64,000 bases of DNA from Bugula neritina (taxonomy: Eukaryota > Animalia > Bryozoa). The stretch spans positions 1,860,001 to 1,924,000 of the forward strand of contig OZ037766.1 of the NCBI GenBank assembly GCA_964035545.1, in the 5' to 3' direction. Under the pieces are notes generated by a model. It saw nothing but the letters and a program-made list of their open reading frames with translations, made no database searches and was not told the DNA's origin. Shown in pieces: positions 13,172 through 26,325 of this stretch. Numbering within the stretch: position 1 is the stretch's first letter; each line of letters begins with the position of its first letter. The position numbers and the translations under genes are program-made.

Positions 13172-13602
13172 TGTTATGAAGGCGTGACTTTAGAGATTCT
13201 AAAGTCTCCAATTGTCCTGGGAAGGAAACTATTAAGCGTGGGTGTGGCTTGTGTGAGTGTTGTAGCTATATAAACTAGTGTAAATGGGAGAATTGAGAGA
13301 CTTTAGACTGATTGAGGAACGATTGAGGATATTTGTATAGAATGTATGCGACCCAATTAGAATGTGTTAGAGTACGTCAGTGAGTGCTGACTCAGGATCA
13401 TAGACTGAGGAGCACCACCAGCCAACTACTCTAACCCGGAGTCTCAACTTCACCCCTACCGGACGGACAGGAGCTGGAGTTACCTCGCAGCCAAGCCAGT
13501 AACCCGTAACTGCACACCGACCCCGAGCTCACCCCAAGGCTACGATATATATATTATTCGGTGAGTTTACGATACTCAAAATCAGTAAAACCCACCACAA
13601 CA
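13172..13602 (+). mobile_element. Possible solo LTR (~430 bp)
   Basis: Begins TGTTATG and ends CACAACA (imperfect terminal inverted repeat, TG...CA); TATATAAA at ~13267; AGTAAA near the 3' end; higher GC than the flanks. No matching target-site duplication found. Confidence 0.3.
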
Positions 13603-15600
13603 ACAGTTAGTTAGTTTTTGAAAGGTATTAATAATTTCAGGACAGAAATCTGCATTAGCTAGGGATTGAAGCAGCACCTTTATATGACTTGACTTTCTAG
13701 GTGACGCCAACGTTTCTATATATTCAACAATAGCTGTTCTCGAGCCTTGGTCATACTTTTAATTCCTTTTAAACTCAATATAAACCGCAGTGCCTTGTTC
13801 AAGACTAGTTTGAATATATCTTTCAAATACTTCACTGGAGTATTCTAGCACTAGTCTAACTAATGTTAGATACGCCAACATCTCAACTTTTCAGAAGCAT
13901 TATGTAATGTCGACTTTATGTAACCTAGGATTTTAGTGGCTTTGTAATTGTAGAGTTAATATGTTTTTCCCATTCAAGTAGGCAAATACTAAATTTAATA
14001 CACTATACACTATACAGTAATACTAATAACAATAATATTTATAACTATAAGCTATAAGATCAAGTTATAGTTATGAACTACATCAATTTCAAATTCAAAA
14101 TCAATATGAATATCAATATCAATATGCATGTATAATCATAATCATAATAATAATGTATTTTACATTTATAATAATAATATTTAATAAGATATTGCATTAC
14201 TATTAATCAAAAAATAGTGGTTTTAATTTGGAATTTTGCATAAGTTTTGATCTAAAGAAACAAATGTTAAACACGCACAAAATCAATACAAAGGTAAGTA
14301 GTAATTCAAAATAATATTGCTTGCTTCAAAAAGAAACTTCCTCCCATGCACGCGTGGTTGCCAATAAAGCTATAATATCGGCAATAAGCTTGCGCCTATC
14401 AACTGGCATATTAGCGATTATATTATATACTTCAATAACGTTGCAAGCGAACAGTCATCATCCTAATGGGGAAGTAACTCCATGTATCACCTTAACCCTG
14501 ACAATCCGTCATTTATCACATGAAATAGCATTACGATGGCTTTGGAGCGAATAATTATTATATGTATAAAACTTCCTTTTTTAAATAAAGAGGTCTGAAA
14601 TAACACAAATTGCAACAAATATTATGCTTTTCTGTTAAAAACAAAAAATTGACTACTCAATTGGCTGAAAATATTTATAAATAAATTTTGCAGTCATAAC
14701 CGATAGAAATTCTAGTAACTAAACAATAGCAATGCAAACACACACAAAAGACTGTTTAAAATATAACATACAGCAACATAAAACTGCTGCTTTATGCTAG
14801 AAACTTTTATTGCAACATAAAATCAGACTGCTTTCATTACTTAGTTACTAAAGAGATCGGATGTTTGCCGTGTACAGAAAATCAAGTAATATGTATTTAT
14901 GTCAACAAACCATAATTTAGAATAATGTAAAAAGAAATTATATTGCTAATCCATAGCCATGTTATGTCTATTATGTAATTTTACACAATATTTTATATTG
15001 TATGTCAGATAAGCTTAGCTCATGATTTGTTATTAATATTCACAACTTAAAACAACTACAACACATTGTATCTAATTAGAACTTTGTCAATATTTATTTA
15101 GTTTTAATTTTATTTAATAATTTCCAGTAAATATTCAGAAAAAACATAAGTGTAATAATATATCATCTACATTCTAAAGTTGGTAGTGACTGCTGTACTG
15201 AAAAGAACCTACCCAGAAGTGTAGAAATTATATTCACCTATTATTCAAGGGTAAAATATTTATTGGTTCAAATACAATATAAATAAGACGTGCACATGAA
15301 CATCAATTATGACAAATGGAAAAGATAGTTCCAGGCATAGTATATACATATATTAACATATTTAGGATAAAACTAAACCAATTTTAAGTAGAATTTTATT
15401 ATTACAACTAATAATTAGTAATAATAACATGCTAAAAAGAGTTGATGATGAATAACATTGCCCAAACTTTAAAAAAATAGCAGCAACGTAATTGATGCAT
15501 TTATACAAGCCATATCTGTCAGGAGTTGTCTTCTTGCATGAAAACTATCAAGATACTGATAACTCCCAATAAAACAAAGAAGAAAGAAAAGGTAATTTTT

Positions 15601-17972
15601 TCACAGTCCAGCGCCAACCCCACCAATAATGGATTGCTTTGTTTCCTCAGGCAGTAGACTGTATTCTGCGGGACGTAACCCATCCTGACAACAAACAACA
15701 GTTGAGCCTGAGTCTATTAGGGGTGAAACACGTTAGTGATTTTAACTATAATTTCAAGCTTTCAAAGCTTCAAAATTCAAGTTATTAAACCTCATATATA
15801 TGTAACACATGCAACATCTACTGCTACGCTAACAACACAACTAAAATATTCAAGATAAGCAGTTGAATTATATTTGAAGCACATGTTGGATGAAGACAAC
15901 AAGATGTAAAGAGTAATTAATTTTTGAAAAAATTTACTTAGCAATATTGAATGTGATTGAAGATTCATTACACAACCAGATAAATTCTAGAAAAGAAAAG
16001 TTAAACAGTTCATTTTCTAAATATAAACAGACAGCTATTTCTATACCTTATCTGTCACCATCTCGTAGCACTCTGCGTTTCTCTGTAACAAACAGAGGAG
16101 AATTTCCTGTCGTGTCTCGGAATCCGGTAGTAAGAAAGCAAAGTGTAGAGGGTACCTGCCATGCTGTAACAGGTACTTGCAAGTTGATATGTCATATTAC
16201 TGGCAGCTATGATATAACAGGTACTTGCAAGTTGATATGTCATATTACTGACAACTATGTTACAACAGGTACTTGCAAGTTGATCTGTCATACTACTGAC
16301 AACTATGTTACAACAGGTACTTGCAAGTTGATATGTAGTGGTACATTCAGCTATTGTAACACTGCAGTTAATGAGTAAGTAATAAACATAAGATGGTCAC
16401 ATAGCATTTATTCTGTATCCAAAAAATTAGTTTAAAGGTCAAGAAGCTTTACTGTTAGGGGGAATTTCACAAGCTAGTTCTAAATATGTATAAGAAAGAC
16501 TGAGAAGGAGTCCTGCATGCAACAGAATGTAGTCACCAACTATCCCTATAAGATGTTTAGCTTATATTATGACTATTAGGTGGGTATTTTGGTATGGCTA
16601 TGGTATGCTATGGTATGGTATCTCATTTGAAAAACTAAAAGCTGCACTATATTTGTGGATCATAAAACAGAATTATAAACATTAAGCGTACGTTAGTTCA
16701 CTAACAATGATGCAAAATCACCTCTAAAGCTCTAGTGCTTTGGCAAGTTGTACTAAAAGAAAAACTCTGCAATTTAAATATTTTTCCAATGACAGAACTG
16801 TCACAGAAGGTTTGTTAGGCTTCACAAAAAAATACACTTTCAGAATTGCTTTTCAAATTTCTCATCTAGATTTACTCTGAGACAAAAATTACTAACATAT
16901 TATTTGAAATGAACACATGTTACACAATATTTAGAGAGTTAATAGTTACCAGTAGTAAGTAAGTAGGCAAGTGGCCAAGATTGCCCTCAGAATCATGACA
17001 TATGGTTACCTTATTGCCTTAAAGAGTGATTTAGTGAATACGAATGAACCAGTAATTATAACATATAGGCAATTTCCTGTATGTTTCATCAAACACCTCT
17101 AGTAGTCTATTATAATCATTATTAGATAACTGAAGCTTTACTGCTCCATTTGCCTTCAGTGTCATCCATCACAGTAGTACAGCACCCTCATTGTATAGGC
17201 AGTTAGTCTGACACTTGACTAGCCTGTTGGAAAGTTGAAATTACTGAACTAATTACTGACCAACACGAACAAACCCCTCATTCAAGCAAACTGGTCTACT
17301 TCTCCTCTATTATAATAAATTCCCCTTCTTATAGCCTGGTGATGAAAAGGAACAGGTATTTTAGTTTTATTCTTGCTAGTTGATTCAAATTCAATTTCTA
17401 TAATTTCATGAGTTGCAAGAAAGTAAAAAATATAAATATTTTGATAAGGAAAAAAGTTACAACAATTCTAATTTAAAAGTTGATTAGACCTTCGTTACAG
17501 ACCCCTCCCTACCATGTTCATAAACCAACATTATAACTGCAAAAGTGAAAAGTCCAACAGCTGTAACAGAAATATGTGCAGGAAGATTTTCCTAGTTTTA
17601 AGAAGTTGTCCACCCTTAGTTTGCCAACCAAATATAGAGATGAAAAAATCTATCTTTGCACTCAACTAGTGCCGGGCAAGGCAATGCTATGCAGGTGAAG
17701 CATGAAGCTATAAAAGTGTTTCACACCGTAATGTAACAACTAGAGTATAACATTATAATCCGGGCAGGACATTCAACTGGACTTACATTATCAGATATAG
17801 ATTTAAGTGCAGGCCTGCAGTTGACTAGCCTCTTAACCACATTAATTTGGTTGCATGTAATGGCTTTGTGTAGAACTGTATGCCCTTTCACATCTTGGTA
17901 GTTGGAGGTATTATAATTGGTCACTCTCTCTACATCTCCATTCTTAGCTGCCGTGAACAAGGTTTCAATGAC
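15601..17972 (-). CDS. Last two exons of an ankyrin-repeat protein (probably the gene starting at 51953)
   Basis: Exon 17787-17972 (VIETLFTAAKNGD...DVKGHTVLHKAITCNQINVVKRLV...SISDN) splices in phase 0 to 15601-15684 (DGLRPAEYSLLPEETKQSIIGGVGAGL*), rebuilding the ankyrin hairpin DNDGLRP; AATAAA on - at 15395-15400. Confidence 0.8.
16168..16335. repeat. 48-bp tandem repeat, ~3.5 copies (intronic)
   Basis: Unit AACAGGTACTTGCAAGTTGATATGTCATATTACTG...; gives the TGTCKLICH repeats in ORF 15947-16378. Confidence 0.9.
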
Positions 17973-18729
17973 CTGTATATACATAATATCATGACATCAG
18001 GAAAGATTTATTGGCTGTGTTAAAAGGTCATACACTATAATAGCTCTGTCACCATATAATATAATTAATAGTATTGACTATTGAATAATTAGGACATGTA
18101 TATACACAAATCTATAGCATTTAAATTTCTAGTTGAAAATATTAGGTGTTTCTAACGAAAATCATTAACATCAGAAAAATAAAAAAAATCAAGATTCATG
18201 TTTTTGAAAGCTGGTAAAATTGTTCTGCTTCATCTGAGAATTTTTTTATTACATTAACAAGTTAAAGTTGATTGCAAAATATTATAAAAACCACTGCACT
18301 ACTAAAATTCGGAATATTTTAATATTGATTGACTCATGCTGCAAATACGCAATATTCAAGAGTAGCTTTTTGGAGTTGTCTACCACAACATGAACTCTTG
18401 TAGCCAACAAAATACTGCGGTTGGTGGCAAAGCTATTTATATGCTAATGAGTGGCGTGAATTTGCCCAGGCATCGTTATTTTATAAACCTTGATAATTAT
18501 ATCTATACATGTGAATAATGAGTTATTAAACTAGCCTCGACAAAAGTTAATTATAAAATAGAATTTGCATAAATTAATATCTCAACACTTGGGCATTTTT
18601 TAAACCTTATCAAAGTATGTTTTATTGAGTTTAGATTTGTTTTTTTTGGCTTAGCAATATCCTAAATTGACTTCGAAATAAGCTTAAAGTTTGAAAAATA
18701 CTAATTACAACATTGAAACTAGGTCCGAG

Positions 18730-19235
18730 TCGCATGTCATGCATACAGTTGTGTAAAAAGTACGCGTAGCACCTCTGGTAACGGTTCACTGGTTTGTGAT
18801 AATCACAGCTGGTCACAATACGTCAACTAAGAAGCGTAAGTACGTTCCTGCAAACGGCCAATCCGGCAACGAGACTTCACCGGGTGGCGTTAGCGCGACC
18901 AATAGGAATACAGCAATACAGTACAATTGCATGACAAGCTGCACGTGGTTAGGTGCGCGTATATTATTGAATGCATAACTGCGTTTAATCATTTCTGATT
19001 GATACATCATTAGAGCAAGTAGTAGATTAATTTAAAGACTTAACAGCTGAAAGAGCCGCATATTCCACAGATCAGCTCGTTTTATTAAGAGAACATTGCT
19101 TTTCCACTACTTCCACTGAAGGATTTTATTCATAGTAAACCTCAACTGCACCAAAGCAAAGGATTCGAAAACAAGGAGTATACAGTTACCCGATTAACTG
19201 CACTAGAATATCTCACTTATCTGGCAATAATTTTG
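18730..19235 (+). promoter_or_regulatory. CpG-rich promoter and probable non-coding exon 1 of the SERTA gene
   Basis: Local CpG enrichment, CCAAT boxes (~18858, ~18899), TTAGCGCG, E-box CACGTG (~18942); strong donor TTTG|GTAAGT at 19236; acceptor TTACAG| at 20314 upstream of the ATG. Confidence 0.6.
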
Positions 19236-19864
19236 GTAAGTTTTCATAGTCATAGTTCTACTTCAAGCAGTAGCTGGTTTATTATCCCAAGTCGCAGATG
19301 ACTAGTTTTGTCAACACTCTAAAACTTGTGCTAACTACTTTTACTAAAATTTCGCTAAAAATAAAAGTAAATCTCTATAAAACATGAAACTTTTTACTGC
19401 AAATGTAATGTTATTTTCTTAGCTCCAATAATTGATAATAGATGATAAAGTTTCAGTTAAGTTATTAGTTAAGGCTAGGAAATAGATATATGGCTATGTA
19501 TTGCATTTACTGTATATAATAATGACAATCTGTAAAATAAAAATGGAAATTCAAACCAGTGCTGTTAACTAATGGCCAAAGCAATTAAAAATATTTTGAT
19601 TGAAACTTATACTTTAGTTATCTCTACTTTTTAATGAAGTCAAGTTTGATGGATTTCATAACCAGTACATGCAGTAAATGAAGCAATTAATATCAATAAT
19701 AATTGATGTAAAGTTATTCTCACAAATCAATTAAATAAACTCATTGCTTAGTTTCTAAGCCTGCCATTGCCAGTTGTGGAATTACCATTATGATTATCAA
19801 TAATTAAAGTATAAGTCTAGAGATAGTAACTGAGATTAAGATAATGGGTGTTTCTTTCGTAGTC

Positions 19865-20239
19865 TTATGTAACTTAGTCTATGACTATGAGTAATATTAG
19901 GAGAGAAACACCCTGTATCTTCCTTCAGTCACTGTGTGGGTGGTTGATTGGTACTGTAGCTACATGAGTCAGCCCAGCTATTGAAATTTTATGCGTAATC
20001 CTGTCTTCAAATGGAGACATTATAACCTGTGACTGGCCAAATATTGCGCAATGGATAAATTTCCTCGACTGTGATAGTTTCCCACATTTATGCAATCGTG
20101 AAATTTCCCTATATTGTTCTCCCTCATTACTAAAACAATGGGAAGGATAGCTTGTGGTGTAAGGTGGGAAAACCCGTGATAAGAACGATAGCGTCACGTA
20201 TAACTGGAGTTGATTCGACTACATTATAGAAAAGTTCCC
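19865..20239. promoter_or_regulatory. Cluster of bZIP, Rel/NF-kB-like and GATA motifs in SERTA intron 1 (candidate inducible enhancer)
   Basis: TTATGTAA 19865, TGAGTCA 19965, ATTGCGCAAT 20043, TTATGCAAT 20088, GAAATTTCCC 20100, GGGAAAACCC 20166, TGATAA 20177, CGTCA 20192, GAAAAGTTCCC 20229. Confidence 0.5.
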
Positions 20240-20378
20240 TTCACTCATTTGATTAGTTAACAGGCTAGTATCTGTGTACTAAATCTAAGACTAATAGTTT
20301 GTTATATATTACAGAGAGAAGTTATTAGCACCAGATATACTACAACCTGTTTCCTGTACTTAACTATAATCAGCCATC

Positions 20379-20792
20379 ATGAAGAGAAAGCTGATTGAAC
20401 CACTCAATGATCCATGCAGAGTAGTGCTGAAAAGATTCAAAGAAAAGAGAACCAAAATACTAAAACAGAGTTTAAAGAAACTAAAAGACATTCCCGATGC
20501 AGAGCAATGCCTTCGTCAAGCTGTCCTCATCAGAAACACATTTATCAGAGCCAAAGACCTTTCACCTAAAACATTCGAAAGACAACTCCCAACACTGACC
20601 GCCGAATCTCTAGACCAGGACAATAGTGATTTACTAATAGACTTAGAGCCCGTTGACAAACAGATGACCGACTCAAACGGCAATAGTTCCAGTTATCCCG
20701 AGCAATCTCATTACGTCAGCACAGAAAGGTCACAGTGCGGCAGCAGTAAGGACCTACAGATGGACAGCAGACAGCTGGTGGCCGTTTCATAG
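20379..20792 (+). CDS. SERTA-domain protein (SERTAD/CDCA4/taranis family), 137 aa, single coding exon
   Basis: N-terminal MKRK, then RTKILKQSLKKLKDIPDAEQCLRQAVLIRNTFIRA, matching the SERTA pattern R..IL..SL.KL.....E..L.R.VLI.NT; good start context GCCATCATGA; AATAAA near 21229; a non-coding exon plus one coding exon is typical of SERTAD genes. Confidence 0.85.
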   Translation: MKRKLIEPLNDPCRVVLKRFKEKRTKILKQSLKKLKDIPDAEQCLRQAVLIRNTFIRAKDLSPKTFERQLPTLTAESLDQDNSDLLIDLEPVDKQMTDSNGNSSSYPEQSHYVSTERSQCGSSKDLQMDSRQLVAVS

Positions 20793-23700
20793 TCCTTGAC
20801 ACAAGTTATTTATTGTACATTTCCACCTCAAGAGTATTCACAGCCAGTAGATGTGTCGGCCCTGCTTATTGGTCCAACTTGCCTACATTAGCCAATGATG
20901 TATGCTGACACAAATCTAGATTAACCAACAGGATAAATCATACAATCCAACCAAAGTTATGGCTAATTTATAATGCAATTAACCTGAGAAGAATTTTATG
21001 TTATACATTTCAATGTACATAATTCCAATTATATTTATTCATAGATGAAGCTATGTAATTTATGCATAATTATCAGAGATGAGTTTTATGTGATTTTGAT
21101 GGGAATGCAATATCATTTAAATGTACTATTTTTATAAATTTAAATTATTCAACTATTACAATACTTATGTAACTGGATGCAATGACCTTATAATGTTTAT
21201 ATTGGACCCATTCAAGTCACTTTACAAAAATAAAATTCTAAAAATATCATGATTGCATAATTAATATTGTACCACAGTGTGGTATTGATTAAATCTTAAT
21301 AAGCCAATGACAATACTAATTTCCTGTTGATTCACAAATCTTAATTTCCGAGAAATTACACAGAGTGGAAGGCGCGCAAGAGTCGCGTCCATTATTCGGA
21401 TGTACATTACATAATATATATTACATTACATTATTCGGATGTATATTATATACATAAAACTACAAACCAACTGACAAAACACCAGTTACAACCTGCAAAC
21501 TCCTGTACTAACAAATAGCAGTATATCTGCCAACATAAACAGTGCACAGGTCAAACGATGAACTGCTTTTGTTGAGCCAGCTTAAAAAGAACGACACATT
21601 TTGAGACTTTCAAAATCCGTAACAGTTAACAAGACCAACATATCACCAGGTTGACAGCTAAACTATCAATTTATCATTTGTACTACTCATTCAACCAGTT
21701 GTTACGTTACTTTCATATTTGCGTAGGCATTATATGTGAGTGTGTAAACACTTAGGCTTGACAACGTCACACACCAGGCCTGCAGCTATCGGAGTTCGTG
21801 CTATTAAAGCACGTTTTTCTTATCTCAAACTCCAACCTTTACTAGAAAAGTTATTCCTTCATTAATTCAATACATTTAAATATTACCAATTTGTACGCAA
21901 CTTCACACACGTGTCATAGAAATATTCCTTGTATATTATAGACCTTTTATTGATAAACTTGACCAAGTTGATTATCTGCTACAAGTTCAACTCTCAGCTA
22001 AGTTTGTGTTTTATTTCCCAGTTTATAGTGAGAGTTTACTTGACTGAATAGGCTGCGCCTGTAATGGGCTGCAGCTATTAATAAAACATATTGGCAAACA
22101 GTTTCACAGCTGTAGCTGAGACAGCCCAGTAATATAATACAGGAGGGGAGTAGAATTACAACCAAGTATGAGCCGTAAAGGTATGCTGGTGAAATATCAG
22201 AGAGCTGAATGGACACACTGCTACTTCCTGTGACCCTCCGGTGTACATAACGTCAGCAGAGCAATGCTGCCGGAATGCCATAGTTACGTTAAATTAATAA
22301 CACCTTTAAAGTAATGAGATACCCTTGCCCTGTTGAACACTCTCAGCTCATATCGTGATATACATCTAGCTTGTGGCTTCTTTACAACTTATTGTATGCT
22401 GATAGAACTAATTTATATCTCTGTGACAGTTTCAAATAAACTGTTAAAATCCCATCAGCAGATGCAGGGACAAAGGCAATATGGAGGAAAGTACAATTAG
22501 GGAAAGTTGGTGGGTTTAATCCTTGCGTGAATTACTTTCCATGCTGGGAAACCACTGAATACAAATTACTTTGAATACAAACTTTAGAAAGCTCAAACAA
22601 AGCGTTTCGGAACAAAGGAAGTTTATCTGATACTGTGTATAGCTGTACCCACACTTGTATAACCTAACAGATAACAACACTAATGGATATATATATGCTG
22701 GATCAGCTGATAGGTGCCTAAGTAGGGTCTATAAGAGGGTAGAAAGTAGCTAGCAACAGTGTGTCACCAGAATTCAGCCACAAGTAGTCTTTGGGACTAC
22801 TTCGTGTCATCTTTGGTCTACTGGATATTATTCCTGCATTGCTTTTCTAGATGCTCATTCTTTCTTAACTCTTGATTTGCTAATTAATTATGAATATGAT
22901 TGGTTCCACTTAGTTAATGTTGAATCTACAAAAAACTAAACTTCCTTTTAACCAGCCACTATGACTGATAAATGTTGCAAATTTCTGCTGATATCTGTAA
23001 TAGCGTTTAAATATAGACACAGTAAGGGTTACTTATTGATAATAATATTGATTTCTGAGTGCATACTAAATTTTATTACTTGAGGAATGCAGGAGAAATT
23101 GTTTAATGATGCTGTATTTAGGAAGTAGGAGATTGATAGGGTGACAATATATTGGATGGATGAGTGTATGATTGGTGGGGTTGGTGGTACGCCCCACTTG
23201 GTAGGTGAGAGTAGAAGCATCCCTACCAGGCCCTCAACTTAGCATGATTGAGTAATTTATAAGATTTAAATAAGAAAATCAGTACGCCTGAAGTGCATAG
23301 TACTCCCAAGTAATTTTTGCAATTAATCCATCATTTATAGTAGATTTATGGTAATTCAAATGGAAAATTACCATTCAGGTAGGTTACCAGGCCAGAAGCC
23401 ATTTCCTTTAGAGTTAAGACTTTACAACTGCAACATTCTTTAGCAAATCTTACTATGTAGAGCAAATTTTGGGCATTTTAAAACAAAGAACCTGTTTTGA
23501 TTTAATTGTATAAAACAAACATGAAGAACAAGATCCTAGCGACAAGAAAAGACTCATTTTAGATAATTGTTTAGCTTGTTTCAGAGAAGGTAATTCCAGT
23601 CTTTCAGGGGGAGGTAAGGTTGGTAGAGACCACCAGTTATGATAAGTATAAGATAAGAAACATGACAATAATAAAACTGCTAAAGATTAGCGAATAGACT

Positions 23701-26325
23701 AGGTTTGTATTAATCACAATGTTTCATATTAATAGTCTACAAGATTGACCCACAATACCCTGCTTACTAACAACTAGCGTTGCTATAGCAACAACAGCAG
23801 CTGCCAGAACAAGCACATATTCCTTTCCAGTGTTGGCAGCATATAACATAACATTACATAACGTTGCATGTTGAAACTTCCCAAAAAGTAGTTAACTAAG
23901 ACTGAAACTAGATATAATTATAACATTTCTAATCAAGATTCTGCAGCTTCCCCCACACCGATTTCTATGAAATTACTGATACCACCTATTAGTATATAAT
24001 TTGTTGCAGCAGTTCATGGAAAGCACAAGGTACTGTCCCAGTAGACTGAATACAACCTGTAGACTTTCCTAGTCCGGTCTCTACCAGCATTCAACCCCAA
24101 TGGGGTTCTAGACTAGGAATTCCTGGTATTTCACATGAAAGCTAAACATGCAGGCTTCAGATTGTATAGGCCATAGGGTAAAATGTAGAATAAATTTACT
24201 AAAAGAAGAACCAAGGTGAAGGACAAGTTGTCAAACAAGCAGTAAGAGAGGTGATGTGAAATCTGTCAGAAGCTTCGTGGAATGGCAAAGAAATTGCTAA
24301 GATAAGCATTTTAGCCAGTAGATAGTACTGGCAGGTGATAGCAGGTACCCTGCATGCATCGAGGTATGCCATAGAAGTCATTTGCCAAGGGTCTACAGTT
24401 TGCAGTGACAGGTTTTAACACGTACTTGATAAAAGCCTAACAAGTGTTGTGACATGCACTTGCTAAGCAACAACTTAATGTCAAGTGAGAAACCCCAGCA
24501 AGTGCTAGCAGGTTCTGGATATGGCATGAGCAGTCCATGCTTGCAGAAGTTGGGAAGTTGGTGCTGAGATAGTTGAATGAAGCACAAGATAGATGAGTCA
24601 GTGACACTTCCTAGCAGCAGTGATTGAGTCAGCAGGCCATGAACAGTGTGTCATCAATCGTGAGAATATTCTGCCAGTTAATCATCTATGATGACACATC
24701 AGGAGCTAAACATGATATTACTAATCAACTGAAACTGTATTATGATAATTTGAATTTAAAAGTTAATATTCTACTAGAAATTATGTAAATAGTAACAGTT
24801 GGAGCCTAGCAATGATAAATGCCAGAAGTATGTGAGTATATACAAAGCTCTGATTGCATAGCACTGGTGTACAGTCTAATAACAGATACTTAAAACCCCA
24901 TTTCAGCAATTATAATAATTATTATCCAAGCAGGAATTTATTATCCAAAGAAGAACGAATGATAACAGGAGATAAACAAAGAATAATAACGGATGACCTG
25001 AAAATGGTGCTATAATACTGTGTAATTGGAAGTTTGGGGCATTTGTCAAACAATAGTATAACGAAGCTTTAAAAGCATAATCACCATTAATTCATAAGTT
25101 TAACAGAAAATAAAACTAATGGGCCAGCTATCCTCATTTTTTCCCCAACATACTATAGTAAGCCAAGATGAATCTTACTGCATTAGAATGGAAATTTCCT
25201 TTTCCTGAATGAACAACTAAATATATTTGCTGCTGAGAAAAACAAGAGCTGGACGGCTGCCAAGAAAGCTTTTCCTTATCTTCCTTCTCACTGGACTGTT
25301 ACTAGTAATCAAATAATGCATGGGATTCTTTGAAAAGAAAGGAGATTTTGATTTGTAGAAAAGTTGAGTTGTGTGGGATGGAGAGTGGGCATGAGTTACT
25401 ACTAGTTGACAATGGACTGAGCTGCAGTATAATGATGCTAGCACAGCTGCAAGTGATTGTAGATATGTATGTGGGAGAGCTAGCAGTCACATCTAGTGGT
25501 ACTTGATACAAAGGCATACATAATTGTATCTTTCTTGTTATTAATTAGTTGCATTTCATTGTTCGTGAGTTTCTTCAGCCACACAATACAGTTTAGTGTT
25601 TAAATAGCCCACAAATGTAGATATCCAAGTGATTTCTACTTCCGACAGACAAACAGACAGACGGACACCGGAATTGACTTGTACAATACTGCTAGCTGTG
25701 CTACATAGTACCATATACTGGAGCAGATAAACTGAATTAGTAACATCACTAATGAAACAAGAAGCATATGTGAAAGACACAAGTTTTAGTCTATCTTGAA
25801 AGACTTTATACAACTATAGTATATAATATAATATATAATATAATATATAACCTATTATAATAATATAATATAATATTATATATTATATTATATAATATAA
25901 TTATATAATATAATATATAATATAATATAATTATATTATATTATAATGCTGATTCTACTACTTCCAACCAGGAGATATTTTTACGAGAATAAAACTTCAG
26001 TTTGGATACTGTTTAGAACATCACTACTGACAAAAGAAACGTTGAAGTTGTTCCTAAGGGATGACCACATTTGGGGAGGGCAACCAGGCGCCTCTACTGC
26101 CTCTCAAATCCAAAAGGCTTTATTCTATGCTAATTTCTAAGAGCTGGTGCCGATAGCCACTTCAGGCTGCAGAGTAACCAGTCCATAGGCTGTTATGATT
26201 ATCTAATTCCCATATCACGTGGGGGCCGAGTGCTCACTCACTCAACACCCCTCGTATCATGTTTGCAAACTTTACTGTGTAGAAACTGTTTAATCTAAAG
26301 TGTGTGTCTACATTAACACTTGATA

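Noticed and set aside
15532-15683. Alternative frame MGYVPQN... resembling an SH3 end followed by a TM segment
   Set aside because: The upstream exon ends in phase 0, and the phase-0 reading DGLRPAEY completes an ankyrin hairpin; no other SH3 parts were found.
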